The translations under genes were made by a program, and so were the position numbers. The notes below the pieces were generated by a model. It did not search any database, had not been told where the DNA came from, and was given only the letters and a program-made list of their open reading frames with translations. From positions 1 to 24,857 of IMG/VR virus record IMGVR_UViG_3300020374_000038: a DNA stretch of 24,857 nucleotides. One strand, written 5' to 3'. The DNA comes from a virus (lineage: Duplodnaviria > Caudoviricetes). Below, one piece after another: positions 1-8,393 of this stretch (its first letter is position 1; each line of letters opens with the position of its first letter).

Positions 1-1
1 T

Positions 2-754
2 CTAAAATATAAAGTAACAGCAGATGATGTTACCAGATTAACTAAAAATAAATCTTATAATGTTGATGAAAAAGGCACAGTTGCCGAAAACATTGAATTA
101 GAAGAAGGTACAAATACACAGGAAGAAGGTGCAGGAGATTTACTTTTAGAAACTGGTTTTTCTGTGCTTACGGAAGAGTCAACACTTGTAAGAACTGCAT
201 ACGAAGAAAATCAAAACTACTTAGTTATTCCAGATGCTGTAATAAGTATAATAAATGTATTTCCATTATCTGACAGAGCAAACTTAAATATGTTTGATGT
301 TAGATATCAACTAAGATTAAATGACTTGTATGATTTTTCTTCTACAAGTATTATGCATTATCAAATGACAATGCAACACCTAGATTTTTTAGATCACATA
401 TTGGTAGGAGAAAAACCAATAAGATTTAATCAACTATCAAATAGATTATACATTGATCAAGATTGGTCAAATGATATAACTGCTGGTGAATATTTAATTA
501 TAGAATGTTATCGTAAATTAGATCCAACTACACATACAGATATTTTTGATGACATTTATTTAAAAAGATATGCTGTTGCTTTAATTAAAAGACAATGGGG
601 ACAAAATCTTTCAAAATTTTCAGGTACTGCTATGCTTGGTGGTGTCACGCTAAACGGACCTGAATTGTTTTCTACTGCTATTCAAGAGCAACAAAAATTA
701 GAAGAAGAAATTAGAACTAACTACGAAGAACCACCACATATGCAACAAGGATAA
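2..754 (+). CDS. gp13: T4-like neck protein gp13 (5'-truncated by window edge)
   Basis: Frame 2 is open from base 2 (LKYKVTADDVTRL...), so the track start at 164 is internal. The C-terminal region LKRYAVALIKRQWGQNLSKFSGTAMLGGVTLNG matches gp13, and the gene lies directly upstream of gp14 and gp15. Confidence 0.9.
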   Translation, partial: LKYKVTADDVTRLTKNKSYNVDEKGTVAENIELEEGTNTQEEGAGDLLLETGFSVLTEESTLVRTAYEENQNYLVIPDAVISIINVFPLSDRANLNMFDVRYQLRLNDLYDFSSTSIMHYQMTMQHLDFLDHILVGEKPIRFNQLSNRLYIDQDWSNDITAGEYLIIECYRKLDPTTHTDIFDDIYLKRYAVALIKRQWGQNLSKFSGTAMLGGVTLNGPELFSTAIQEQQKLEEEIRTNYEEPPHMQQG

Positions 755-758
755 TTGA

Positions 759-1538
759 ATGCCAACTAATGTCTATTTTGACACTGGCACAACTTCTGAG
801 CAAAGATTATACGAAGATTTAATAATCGAACAGCTTAAGATTTATGGTCAAGATGTCTATTACTTACCAAGAAAAATTGCGAATAAGGATACTATCTTTG
901 GAGAAGATCCTGCTTCGTCTTTTGATGACTCATATATTATTGAAATGTATGTTAATAATGTTGATGGGTTTATGGGTGAGCAAGAAATTATTAAAAAGTT
1001 TGGTCTAGAATTAAGAGATGATATTAAGTTTACTGTTTCTAAATTGAGATGGGAAAGATTAGTAGGTAGTAATTCAGACTTAACAGTTGATAGACCACAA
1101 GAAGGTGATCTAGTTTATTTCCCTACTACAAACGCATTTTTTGAAATACAATTTGTTGAACACGAGCAACCGTTCTATCAACAAAGTGCATTACCTGTTT
1201 ATAATTTATCTTGTACTAAATGGGAATATGCTTCTGAAAGAGTTGATACAGGTATTGTTACCATTGATAGTGTCGAGGATGCTCTATCTACTGATACAAT
1301 GAACTTCCAGTTTAGTTTAGAAACTGCTACTGATGGTGGTACTGGTGCTCTTTTACTTGAAAGTAGTATTGGTGCAATTAATTATATAATCAATGAGGAC
1401 TTTACAATGTCAGAGCAACAACCTGCAGATCAAGGGTTGGCTTTTGAAACTGAAGCAGGTACAACAACATCATCAACTGCCGATGATATATTAGATTTCA
1501 GCGAAAGAAATCCATTTGGAGAGGTTGACGATTACTAA
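759..1538 (+). CDS. gp14: T4-like neck protein gp14
   Basis: EQRLYEDLIIEQLKIYGQDVYYLPR, KFGLELRD, RPQEGDLVYFP, FEIQFVEHEQPFYQ and C-terminal DILDFSERNPFG; synteny gp13-gp14-gp15. Confidence 0.93.
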   Translation: MPTNVYFDTGTTSEQRLYEDLIIEQLKIYGQDVYYLPRKIANKDTIFGEDPASSFDDSYIIEMYVNNVDGFMGEQEIIKKFGLELRDDIKFTVSKLRWERLVGSNSDLTVDRPQEGDLVYFPTTNAFFEIQFVEHEQPFYQQSALPVYNLSCTKWEYASERVDTGIVTIDSVEDALSTDTMNFQFSLETATDGGTGALLLESSIGAINYIINEDFTMSEQQPADQGLAFETEAGTTTSSTADDILDFSERNPFGEVDDY

Positions 1539-2353
1539 TGTTTGGACAACACTTTTACCATAAACAAATTCGTAATACTGTAATTGCATTTGGTACAATA
1601 TTTAATAATATTAATATCAAGCGTACGGATTCTAGCGGAAATCCTTTACAGACAATTAGGGTGCCATTGTCATATGCACCAAAAGAAAAATTCTTGGCAA
1701 GACTAGATCAACAAGCAAGTTTAACTGGAGACGATTCAAGCGTTGCTATCACTCTACCTCGTATGTCTTTTGACATAACTGGTTACTCTTATGATCCTAC
1801 TCGTAAATTAAATAAAAATCAAAAACTTAGTAATGTGACCACAAATTCAGATACAACAAAGTTAAATACACAATATTCACCTGTGCCTTATGATGTTAGT
1901 ATATCTTTAAATGTATTTACTGCTAATTCAGATGATGGTTTACAAATTGTAGAACAAATACTTCCATATTTTCAACCTGATTATACTGTAACCATTATTG
2001 AGGATGCTACATATATGGATACAAAAAGAGATATACCTTTTATATTAAATAATGTAGATTATGATGATAGTTATTCTGGTGATCTTACAACAAATAGAAG
2101 AATTATTTACACACTAAACTTTACAGCAAAAATATATTTGTATGGTCCTATTAGTACCTCTGCAATTGTTAAAAAAGTATCAGCAGATTTATATACAAAT
2201 GCACAATCAGAAAGTCCTTCTCGAAGTGAGAGAGTTACGGTACAACCAAATCCAACAAGTGCTGATAAAGATGATACATATACATATACGACAACTCTTG
2301 ATTTCTTTGATGATGGTAAAAATTATGATGAATCAACTGGTAGTGATAAATAA
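1538..2353 (+). CDS. gp15: Tail sheath stabilizer / tail terminator gp15
   Basis: MFGQHFYH...IAFGTIFNNI, VPLSYAPKEKFL, ITLPRMSF, QIVEQILPYFQP, YLYGP; TAATG overlap with gp14. Confidence 0.93.
   Translation: MFGQHFYHKQIRNTVIAFGTIFNNINIKRTDSSGNPLQTIRVPLSYAPKEKFLARLDQQASLTGDDSSVAITLPRMSFDITGYSYDPTRKLNKNQKLSNVTTNSDTTKLNTQYSPVPYDVSISLNVFTANSDDGLQIVEQILPYFQPDYTVTIIEDATYMDTKRDIPFILNNVDYDDSYSGDLTTNRRIIYTLNFTAKIYLYGPISTSAIVKKVSADLYTNAQSESPSRSERVTVQPNPTSADKDDTYTYTTTLDFFDDGKNYDESTGSDK
2345..2352 (+). promoter_or_regulatory. Possible late promoter (GATAAATA) upstream of gp16
   Basis: One mismatch to TATAAATA. It overlaps the gp15 stop codon and ends 12 nt before the gp16 ATG. A chance match is possible in AT-rich DNA. 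Confidence 0.4.
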
Positions 2354-2364
2354 GAAAGTTTAAA

Positions 2365-2772
2365 ATGAGTACAATTGATGATAAATTAAATGAAGTATTA
2401 GGTATAGCAGAAGAAGTAATAGAAGAAAAAAAAGAAGTTGTGGTTACGCCTACTGCTGTTCCTGCAAATACTGATCCAGATGTTGACTTTGAAACTGGTA
2501 GAGAAAATCTTTATAAGTTACTTGAAAAAGGTAATGAAGCAATTGATGGTATTCTTAATCTTGCAAAAGAAGGAGAACATCCGAGAGCATACGAAGTTGC
2601 AGGACAATTAATTAAAACTGTAAGTGAAGTATCGCAAGACTTATTAGGTTTACAAGAAAAAATGAAAAAGATTAAAGATGTTCCTAATAATGCACCGAAA
2701 AATGTAACCAATGCATTGTTTGTAGGATCTACAACTGAATTAACAAAAATTTTAAAGAAAGATAAAAAATAG
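2365..2772 (+). CDS. gp16: Terminase small subunit gp16
   Basis: DFETGRENLY, EHPRAYEVAGQLIK, NNAPKNVTNALFVGSTTELTK are typical of T4-like gp16; position after gp15. Confidence 0.93.
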   Translation: MSTIDDKLNEVLGIAEEVIEEKKEVVVTPTAVPANTDPDVDFETGRENLYKLLEKGNEAIDGILNLAKEGEHPRAYEVAGQLIKTVSEVSQDLLGLQEKMKKIKDVPNNAPKNVTNALFVGSTTELTKILKKDKK

Positions 2773-2773
2773 T

Positions 2774-2920
2774 ATGGCAAAGATGGCGAAAAATCATGGT
2801 ATAAACACAGGTCACACACCAACAAGAAAAGGAACTTCTCAAGGTCGTAAACCAATAACAAGTAGTATGAATAAAAGTAAAAAGAGATCATTCAAAGCGT
2901 ATCGTGGTCAAGGAAGATAA
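2774..2920 (+). CDS. Small basic protein, 48 aa, ending YRGQGR (not in ORF track)
   Basis: Manual translation MAKMAKNHGINTGHTPTRKGTSQGRKPITSSMNKSKKRSFKAYRGQGR*. It fills the gap between the gp16 stop (2772) and the adk ATG (2921) almost exactly and has no acidic residues. Confidence 0.75.
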   Translation: MAKMAKNHGINTGHTPTRKGTSQGRKPITSSMNKSKKRSFKAYRGQGR

Positions 2921-3499
2921 ATGAAAACATTTAAAGAATTTGTAGTTAATAATCCAATCAGAATTATAATGTTGGGTGGACCAGGTTCTGGTAAATCTAC
3001 TTATTCAAAATATATAACTAAACATTTTGGTATACCACACTTATATACAGGTGATATGATGAGAGCATTATCGAAAAAAGATACACCAGAGGGTAGAAAA
3101 GTTAAGGCAGCTTTAGACTCTGGTAAATATGTAGATACAAAAATTGTAATGAATGCCGTAATAGACAGACTTAAAAATCCTGATACAATGCGTGGATATG
3201 TTTTTGATGGATTTCCTAGAAATATGGAACAAGTTAGAGCAATGGAAGAAAATGAAATCAAAGCAGATCATATAGTTAATTTAAATGTATCAGAGGATGA
3301 AGTAATTAAAAGATTAACTGCAAGAGGAAGAGCAGACGATAAACCAGATATCATTCGTCAAAGACTTGCAACACACGAAAAAGAAACTGGTCCTGTAATT
3401 AAACATTATGAAGATAAACTTATTAATATAAAGGCAGAAGATAAAACACCAGAAGAAATCGCAGATGATATTATAAAAAAAGTAGAAAGTAGAAGTTAA
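2921..3499 (+). CDS. adk: Adenylate kinase (short-LID type) with N-terminal MKTFKEF extension
   Basis: P-loop GGPGSGKST, NMP-binding TGDMMR, signature YVFDGFPRN..Q, short LID RLTARGRADD, then RL..H...T.PVI.HY. Confidence 0.92.
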   Translation: MKTFKEFVVNNPIRIIMLGGPGSGKSTYSKYITKHFGIPHLYTGDMMRALSKKDTPEGRKVKAALDSGKYVDTKIVMNAVIDRLKNPDTMRGYVFDGFPRNMEQVRAMEENEIKADHIVNLNVSEDEVIKRLTARGRADDKPDIIRQRLATHEKETGPVIKHYEDKLINIKAEDKTPEEIADDIIKKVESRS

Positions 3500-4092
3500 T
3501 GGATTTTTTTAGAAAAGGACTTGAAGATGTAATAACACTTCCACCTCCACCTGTTGATGATTTAAAAGAAGCATATGAGGTAGAAGAAATAATTAGAGTG
3601 AGAACTCCAGAACAGGTACAGTCTGTTAGAGACCATGATAGAGTTCCTTTTTATGCTATTCAAAAAGTTTGTGATAAATATGGATTAAAGTTTCACCCAC
3701 AAGAGTTTAAAGATATTATATATCAACAAACAGATGTTATAAATCATTTTAAAAAACATTTTAATAGACCTAGACCCATTGAAGTTTTACCTAGTCTCAA
3801 TACTTTACCTAGTGAAACAAATAAAACTAGGTCTTATCCTAGTGGTCATGCTTGTCAATCAGTTGTTGTCGCTAGATATGTTGCGGGTAAAGTACCAAAA
3901 TTAGAAAAAGAATTAATGAAAGCAGCTTACGAATGTGGTTATGGAAGAGTTATTGCAGGATTTCATTATCTTTCAGACTTTGAAGCAGGTAATCTACTTG
4001 GTGAAAAATTATATGTATTAATGAATAAAATGGATTATGGACAAGAAGTAAATGAAGATAAAATATCCTTTAAAGACTTCTTAAAAAATTAA
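3499..4092 (+). CDS. PAP2-superfamily phosphatase (class A acid phosphatase / vanadium haloperoxidase-like fold)
   Basis: All three motifs are present: K-x6-RP (FKKHFNRPRP), PSGH (SYPSGHA) and R-x5-H-x3-D (GRVIAGFHYLSD). No obvious transmembrane segments, so probably soluble. Confidence 0.88.
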   Translation: MDFFRKGLEDVITLPPPPVDDLKEAYEVEEIIRVRTPEQVQSVRDHDRVPFYAIQKVCDKYGLKFHPQEFKDIIYQQTDVINHFKKHFNRPRPIEVLPSLNTLPSETNKTRSYPSGHACQSVVVARYVAGKVPKLEKELMKAAYECGYGRVIAGFHYLSDFEAGNLLGEKLYVLMNKMDYGQEVNEDKISFKDFLKN

Positions 4093-5745
4093 ATGGCAAA
4101 AACGGAACAATACTTAGGTAATCCAAATCTAAAAAAAGCACATTCTAAAACTCGATTTACAAAAAAACAAGTTGAAGAAGTTGTTAAATGTTTAGATGAT
4201 CCTGAATACTTTATAGAAAACTATTTAAAGATTGTAACCATTGATAAAGGTCTTGTACCTTTTGAGATGTATAACTTTCAAAAAGAAATGGTGAAAACTT
4301 TTCACAATAACCGTTTCTCTATTTGTAAGTTACCAAGACAAAGCGGAAAATCGACAATCATTGTCTCCTACCTCTTACATTATGTTTTATTTAATGACAA
4401 TGTTAATGTTGCAATCCTTGCTAACAAATCTTCTACTGCAAGAGATTTATTAGGAAGATTGCAACTTTCATTTGAATATCTACCTAAATGGTTACAACAA
4501 GGCGTACTTAACTGGAACAAAGGTTCTTTAGAATTAGAGAACGGAAGTAAAATTATAGCGGCGTCAACTTCTTCAAGTGCTGTTCGTGGTAGTACATTTA
4601 ACATTATCTTTCTAGATGAGTTTGCTTATGTGCCAAATAATATCGCCGAAGAATTTTTTAGTTCAGTTTATCCTACAATATCTTCTGGTCAATCATCTAA
4701 AGTTATGATTGTTTCTACACCACACGGAATGAATATGTTTTATAAGATGTGGATAGATGCTCAAAATAAAAGAAATGATTATGTTCCGATTGAAGTACAT
4801 TGGTCTGAAGTTCCTGGTAGAGATGAAGAATGGAAAGAACAGACAATACGAAATACAAGTTTAGAGCAGTTTCAAACTGAATTTGAGTGTGAATTTTTAG
4901 GTAGTGTTGATACTCTTATCAATGCAAGTAAAATAAAAACTATGGCAGTTATTGATCCTGCAATTAAAAGTTTAAATGGCACTTTAGATGTTTACGAAAA
5001 ACCAATCAAAGGTAATATCTATGTAATGACAGTTGATGTATCAAGAGGTATCGGAAATGATGCTTCAGCATTTGTAGTTATTGACGCTACGAAAGCACCA
5101 TATCGAATTGTTGCAAAGTATAGAGATAATGAGATTAAACCTTTACTCTTTCCAAGTGTTATGAAGAAAGTAGGTGACGCATACAATCAAGCGTTTATAT
5201 TGATTGAGATAAATGATTTAGGTCAACAAGTCGCAGACGCTATGCAATTTGAATTAGAATATGATAATCTACTTATGGTTACGCAAAGAGGAAGATCAGG
5301 TCAAGTATTAGGTGGAGGATTTAGTGGTAGAGGTAGTCAGTTAGGACTAAGAATGACTAAAGGTACTAAAAAAATCGGAACTTCTAATCTGAAAAGTTTA
5401 ATTGAGGGCGATAAACTGATAATTCAGGACTTTGATATAATTGCGGAACTTTCTACCTTTATCTCTCGTGGAAAATCTTTTGAAGCAGAAAGTGGTGCTT
5501 CAGACGATCTTGTAATGTGTTTAGTGATATTTTCGTGGTTGGCGAATCAACGATATTTTAAAGAATTAACCGATGTAGATGTTCGAGGACAGATGTTTAC
5601 TGATCAAAAAAATGCGATAGAAGCAGACATGGCGCCGTTTGGATTTATAGATGACGGATTAAACGACCCAGAAGGTAATAATAACTCGTTTTATGATGAT
5701 TCTGGAGAACTTTGGACTCCTGTTTCATATCATAAAGGGGAATAG
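4093..5745 (+). CDS. gp17: Terminase large subunit gp17
   Basis: YLGNPNLK, Walker A PRQSGKST, Walker B IIFLDEFAY, motif III VSTPHG, nuclease residues TVDVSRG and DDLVM. Confidence 0.97.
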   Translation: MAKTEQYLGNPNLKKAHSKTRFTKKQVEEVVKCLDDPEYFIENYLKIVTIDKGLVPFEMYNFQKEMVKTFHNNRFSICKLPRQSGKSTIIVSYLLHYVLFNDNVNVAILANKSSTARDLLGRLQLSFEYLPKWLQQGVLNWNKGSLELENGSKIIAASTSSSAVRGSTFNIIFLDEFAYVPNNIAEEFFSSVYPTISSGQSSKVMIVSTPHGMNMFYKMWIDAQNKRNDYVPIEVHWSEVPGRDEEWKEQTIRNTSLEQFQTEFECEFLGSVDTLINASKIKTMAVIDPAIKSLNGTLDVYEKPIKGNIYVMTVDVSRGIGNDASAFVVIDATKAPYRIVAKYRDNEIKPLLFPSVMKKVGDAYNQAFILIEINDLGQQVADAMQFELEYDNLLMVTQRGRSGQVLGGGFSGRGSQLGLRMTKGTKKIGTSNLKSLIEGDKLIIQDFDIIAELSTFISRGKSFEAESGASDDLVMCLVIFSWLANQRYFKELTDVDVRGQMFTDQKNAIEADMAPFGFIDDGLNDPEGNNNSFYDDSGELWTPVSYHKGE

Positions 5746-5761
5746 TGTAGTTTTGGTATCA

Positions 5762-5769
5762 TATAAATA
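5762..5769 (+). promoter_or_regulatory. T4-type (gp55-dependent) late promoter TATAAATA for gp18
   Basis: Exact consensus in the gp17-gp18 spacer, followed by SD AAGGAG before ATG 5819. Confidence 0.85.
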
Positions 5770-5818
5770 TCTACAAAGGGTTATAACTAACAAACTTAAT
5801 ATTAAGGAGAACTAAAAT

Positions 5819-7819
5819 ATGGCTTTTCAAGTATCACCAGGTGTTCTCGTAACGGAAAAAGACTTAACGAATATTATTCCTGCTGTTTCAACAACAAGCG
5901 GTGCAATAGTAATCACGGCAGAAAAAGGTCCAGTTGATGAAATTACAACAATTTCATCTGAAAAAGAATTGGCCGATAACTTTGGTAAACCAAACAACAA
6001 TAATTTTGAAGAATGGTTCACCGCTGCTAACTTTTTGGGATACGGAAACAATCTGAAGGTAGTAAGACCAATCACAGGATTAGTAAATGCTGTGTCAACT
6101 GGTACTGCTGTCTTGATTAAGAATACAACTGATTATCTGGATACTTATTATTCAACATCAGGTGCAGGACAAATAACTAATATAGGAACTTGGGCTGCAA
6201 GAGAGGCAGGAACACTAGGAAACAGTTTAAAAATTTCACTATGTTCTAACTCAACTGCTTTTGGACCACACTCACAAAGTGGTACTTTAGTAAATGACAA
6301 CGCTGCTGCTATCGGAGATACAACAATCACTATGGATGATGGATCTCTATTTCAAGTAGGTGATATACTAGAGTTTGGAGACGCAACTAGTGTGCCTTCA
6401 GCTTCAGGTGCACCTTCTGGATTCTATTACAAAGTAACTGCAATATCAACTCATGTATTAACAATCGCAAGATTTAATTCTGCTACTGGTAAAACAGAAA
6501 CAGGCGGATTAAGACATGCTATTGCTGATGACGCAAAAGTTCTAAGACATTGGGAATATTACTTTCAATTTTCTGGACCACCAACAACAACTGATGATAC
6601 ATTAGCTGCTGGCGGTTCAAATGATGAAATGCATATTGTCGTTGTTGACGAAGATGGTACAATTACAGGAAACGCAGGAGAAATACTAGAAACTTTTGAA
6701 GGAGTTTCACAGGCTTTTGACGCTAAAAATTCTACTGGCGCAAGTAATTATTATCCACAAGTAATCTATCAACAATCAAATTTTATCTATTGGATAGACC
6801 ACATCTCAACTTTATCAGATGGTGTGACTAAAGTAGGTACAACTTTTGATAATACAGTTGGTGACGCTTTTGTAGTATCTAACACTTCACTCACTGGTGG
6901 AACAGATGATTATGTTGCTACTAATGGTGAAATTGCTACTGCATACGAAAAATTTAACGATACAGACAATGTAGATATATCACTTCTAATGTGTGGTCCA
7001 TCTAACACCAGTGCTGACGCTACTGGCGACACAAAAGCAACTGCTGTTATGGATATCGCAACTGCAAGAAAAGATTGTGTTGCATTTATTTCACCTGCGA
7101 GAGCAGATGTTGTTGGTGTTTCAAACGCAATTACACAAACTCAAAATGTAGTAGGATTTGCTGATGGTTTACCATCAACAAGTTATGCTGTTATTGATAG
7201 TGGTTACAAATATATGTACGACAAGTACAATGATGTTTACAGATTTGTACCTCTTAACGGAGATACTGCTGGACTTTGTGCTAGAACTGATAGTATTGCT
7301 GACGCATGGTTTTCACCAGGCGGATTCAATAGAGGTCAAGTAAGAGGTGCTGTTAAATTAGCATTCAATCCAAATCAAACTCAAAGAGATGAATTATATA
7401 AAGCAAGAATAAATCCTGTTGTATCATTTCCTGGGCAAGGTACTGTATTGTTTGGTGATAAAACTGCTCAAGCAAAACCATCTGCATTTGATCGTATCAA
7501 TGTTCGTAGATTGTTTATCGTTCTTGAAAAAGCGATTGCTACTGCTGCTAAATTTCAACTATTTGAGTTCAATGACGAATTCACTAGGGCACAATTTAGA
7601 AACTTAGTAGAACCGTTTATCAGAGATGTACAAGGTAGAAGAGGTATTACTGATTTTGCTGTTGTATGTGATGACACTAATAACACAGGTGATGTGATTG
7701 ATAGAAACGAATTTAGGGCTGATATCTTTATCAAACCTGCTCGTTCTATTAACTTCATTCAACTTAACTTTATTGCTACAAGAACGGGCGTTGCCTTTTC
7801 TGAAGTAGCAGGCGCATAA
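5819..7819 (+). CDS. gp18: Tail sheath protein gp18
   Basis: MAFQVSPGVLVTEKDLT, FLGYGNNLKVVR, WFSPGGFNRG, GDKT...SAFDRINVRRLF, FIKPARSINFIQLNF. Confidence 0.97.
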   Translation: MAFQVSPGVLVTEKDLTNIIPAVSTTSGAIVITAEKGPVDEITTISSEKELADNFGKPNNNNFEEWFTAANFLGYGNNLKVVRPITGLVNAVSTGTAVLIKNTTDYLDTYYSTSGAGQITNIGTWAAREAGTLGNSLKISLCSNSTAFGPHSQSGTLVNDNAAAIGDTTITMDDGSLFQVGDILEFGDATSVPSASGAPSGFYYKVTAISTHVLTIARFNSATGKTETGGLRHAIADDAKVLRHWEYYFQFSGPPTTTDDTLAAGGSNDEMHIVVVDEDGTITGNAGEILETFEGVSQAFDAKNSTGASNYYPQVIYQQSNFIYWIDHISTLSDGVTKVGTTFDNTVGDAFVVSNTSLTGGTDDYVATNGEIATAYEKFNDTDNVDISLLMCGPSNTSADATGDTKATAVMDIATARKDCVAFISPARADVVGVSNAITQTQNVVGFADGLPSTSYAVIDSGYKYMYDKYNDVYRFVPLNGDTAGLCARTDSIADAWFSPGGFNRGQVRGAVKLAFNPNQTQRDELYKARINPVVSFPGQGTVLFGDKTAQAKPSAFDRINVRRLFIVLEKAIATAAKFQLFEFNDEFTRAQFRNLVEPFIRDVQGRRGITDFAVVCDDTNNTGDVIDRNEFRADIFIKPARSINFIQLNFIATRTGVAFSEVAGA

Positions 7820-7835
7820 GAGAGGAGAATAGAAA

Positions 7836-8363
7836 ATGGCTAATATAAATGACTTTAAATCTCGTCTTAGAGGCGGTGGTGCAAGAGCCAATCAGTTCAA
7901 GGTAACTATGCCTTTTCCTGGTTATGCTGCGGTTGGTGGAGAAACATCAGACCTAGCGTTTTTGTGCAATGCTACAAGTATTCCTGGTTCTAATGTTGGG
8001 GTAACTCCTGTAAACTTTAGAGGTAGAATACTTAATTTAACAGGCGATAGAACATTTAATCCATGGCAGATTACTGTATTGAATGATACTGATTTCAAAC
8101 TATACAGAGCATTTGAAAGATGGATGAATGGAATGAATAATATGACTGATAATGAAGGATTAACAAATCCTGCTGATTATCAAGTTGATTGTTTCGTAGA
8201 CCATTTAGATAGAAATGGTTCAACTTTAAAATCTTACACATTTAGAGGATTGTTCCCAACAGCACTTGCGGACATCGCTCTAGACTATGGTACTAATGAT
8301 ACCGTTGAAACTTTTACAGTTGACTTTTCTTATCAATACTTCGAAACTGATACTACTACATAA
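7836..8363 (+). CDS. gp19: Tail tube protein gp19
   Basis: GGGARANQF, FRGRILNLTGDRTFNPWQITVLND, FERWMN, LDYGTNDTVETFTVDFSYQY; SD GAGGAG. Confidence 0.95.
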   Translation: MANINDFKSRLRGGGARANQFKVTMPFPGYAAVGGETSDLAFLCNATSIPGSNVGVTPVNFRGRILNLTGDRTFNPWQITVLNDTDFKLYRAFERWMNGMNNMTDNEGLTNPADYQVDCFVDHLDRNGSTLKSYTFRGLFPTALADIALDYGTNDTVETFTVDFSYQYFETDTTT

Positions 8364-8393
8364 TAACATAAAAGTTATAAGGAAAAATATAAT

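Noticed and set aside
164-754. Track start for gp13 at GTG 164
   Set aside because: The frame is open from base 2 with no SD before 164; the real start lies outside the window.
2142-2363. 73-aa alternate-frame ORF inside gp15
   Set aside because: Almost fully overlaps a conserved gene, with shadow-like composition and no motif.
2511-2891. 126-aa minus-strand ORF
   Set aside because: Antisense shadow of gp16 and the basic peptide; its hydrophobic bias follows from the A-rich plus strand.
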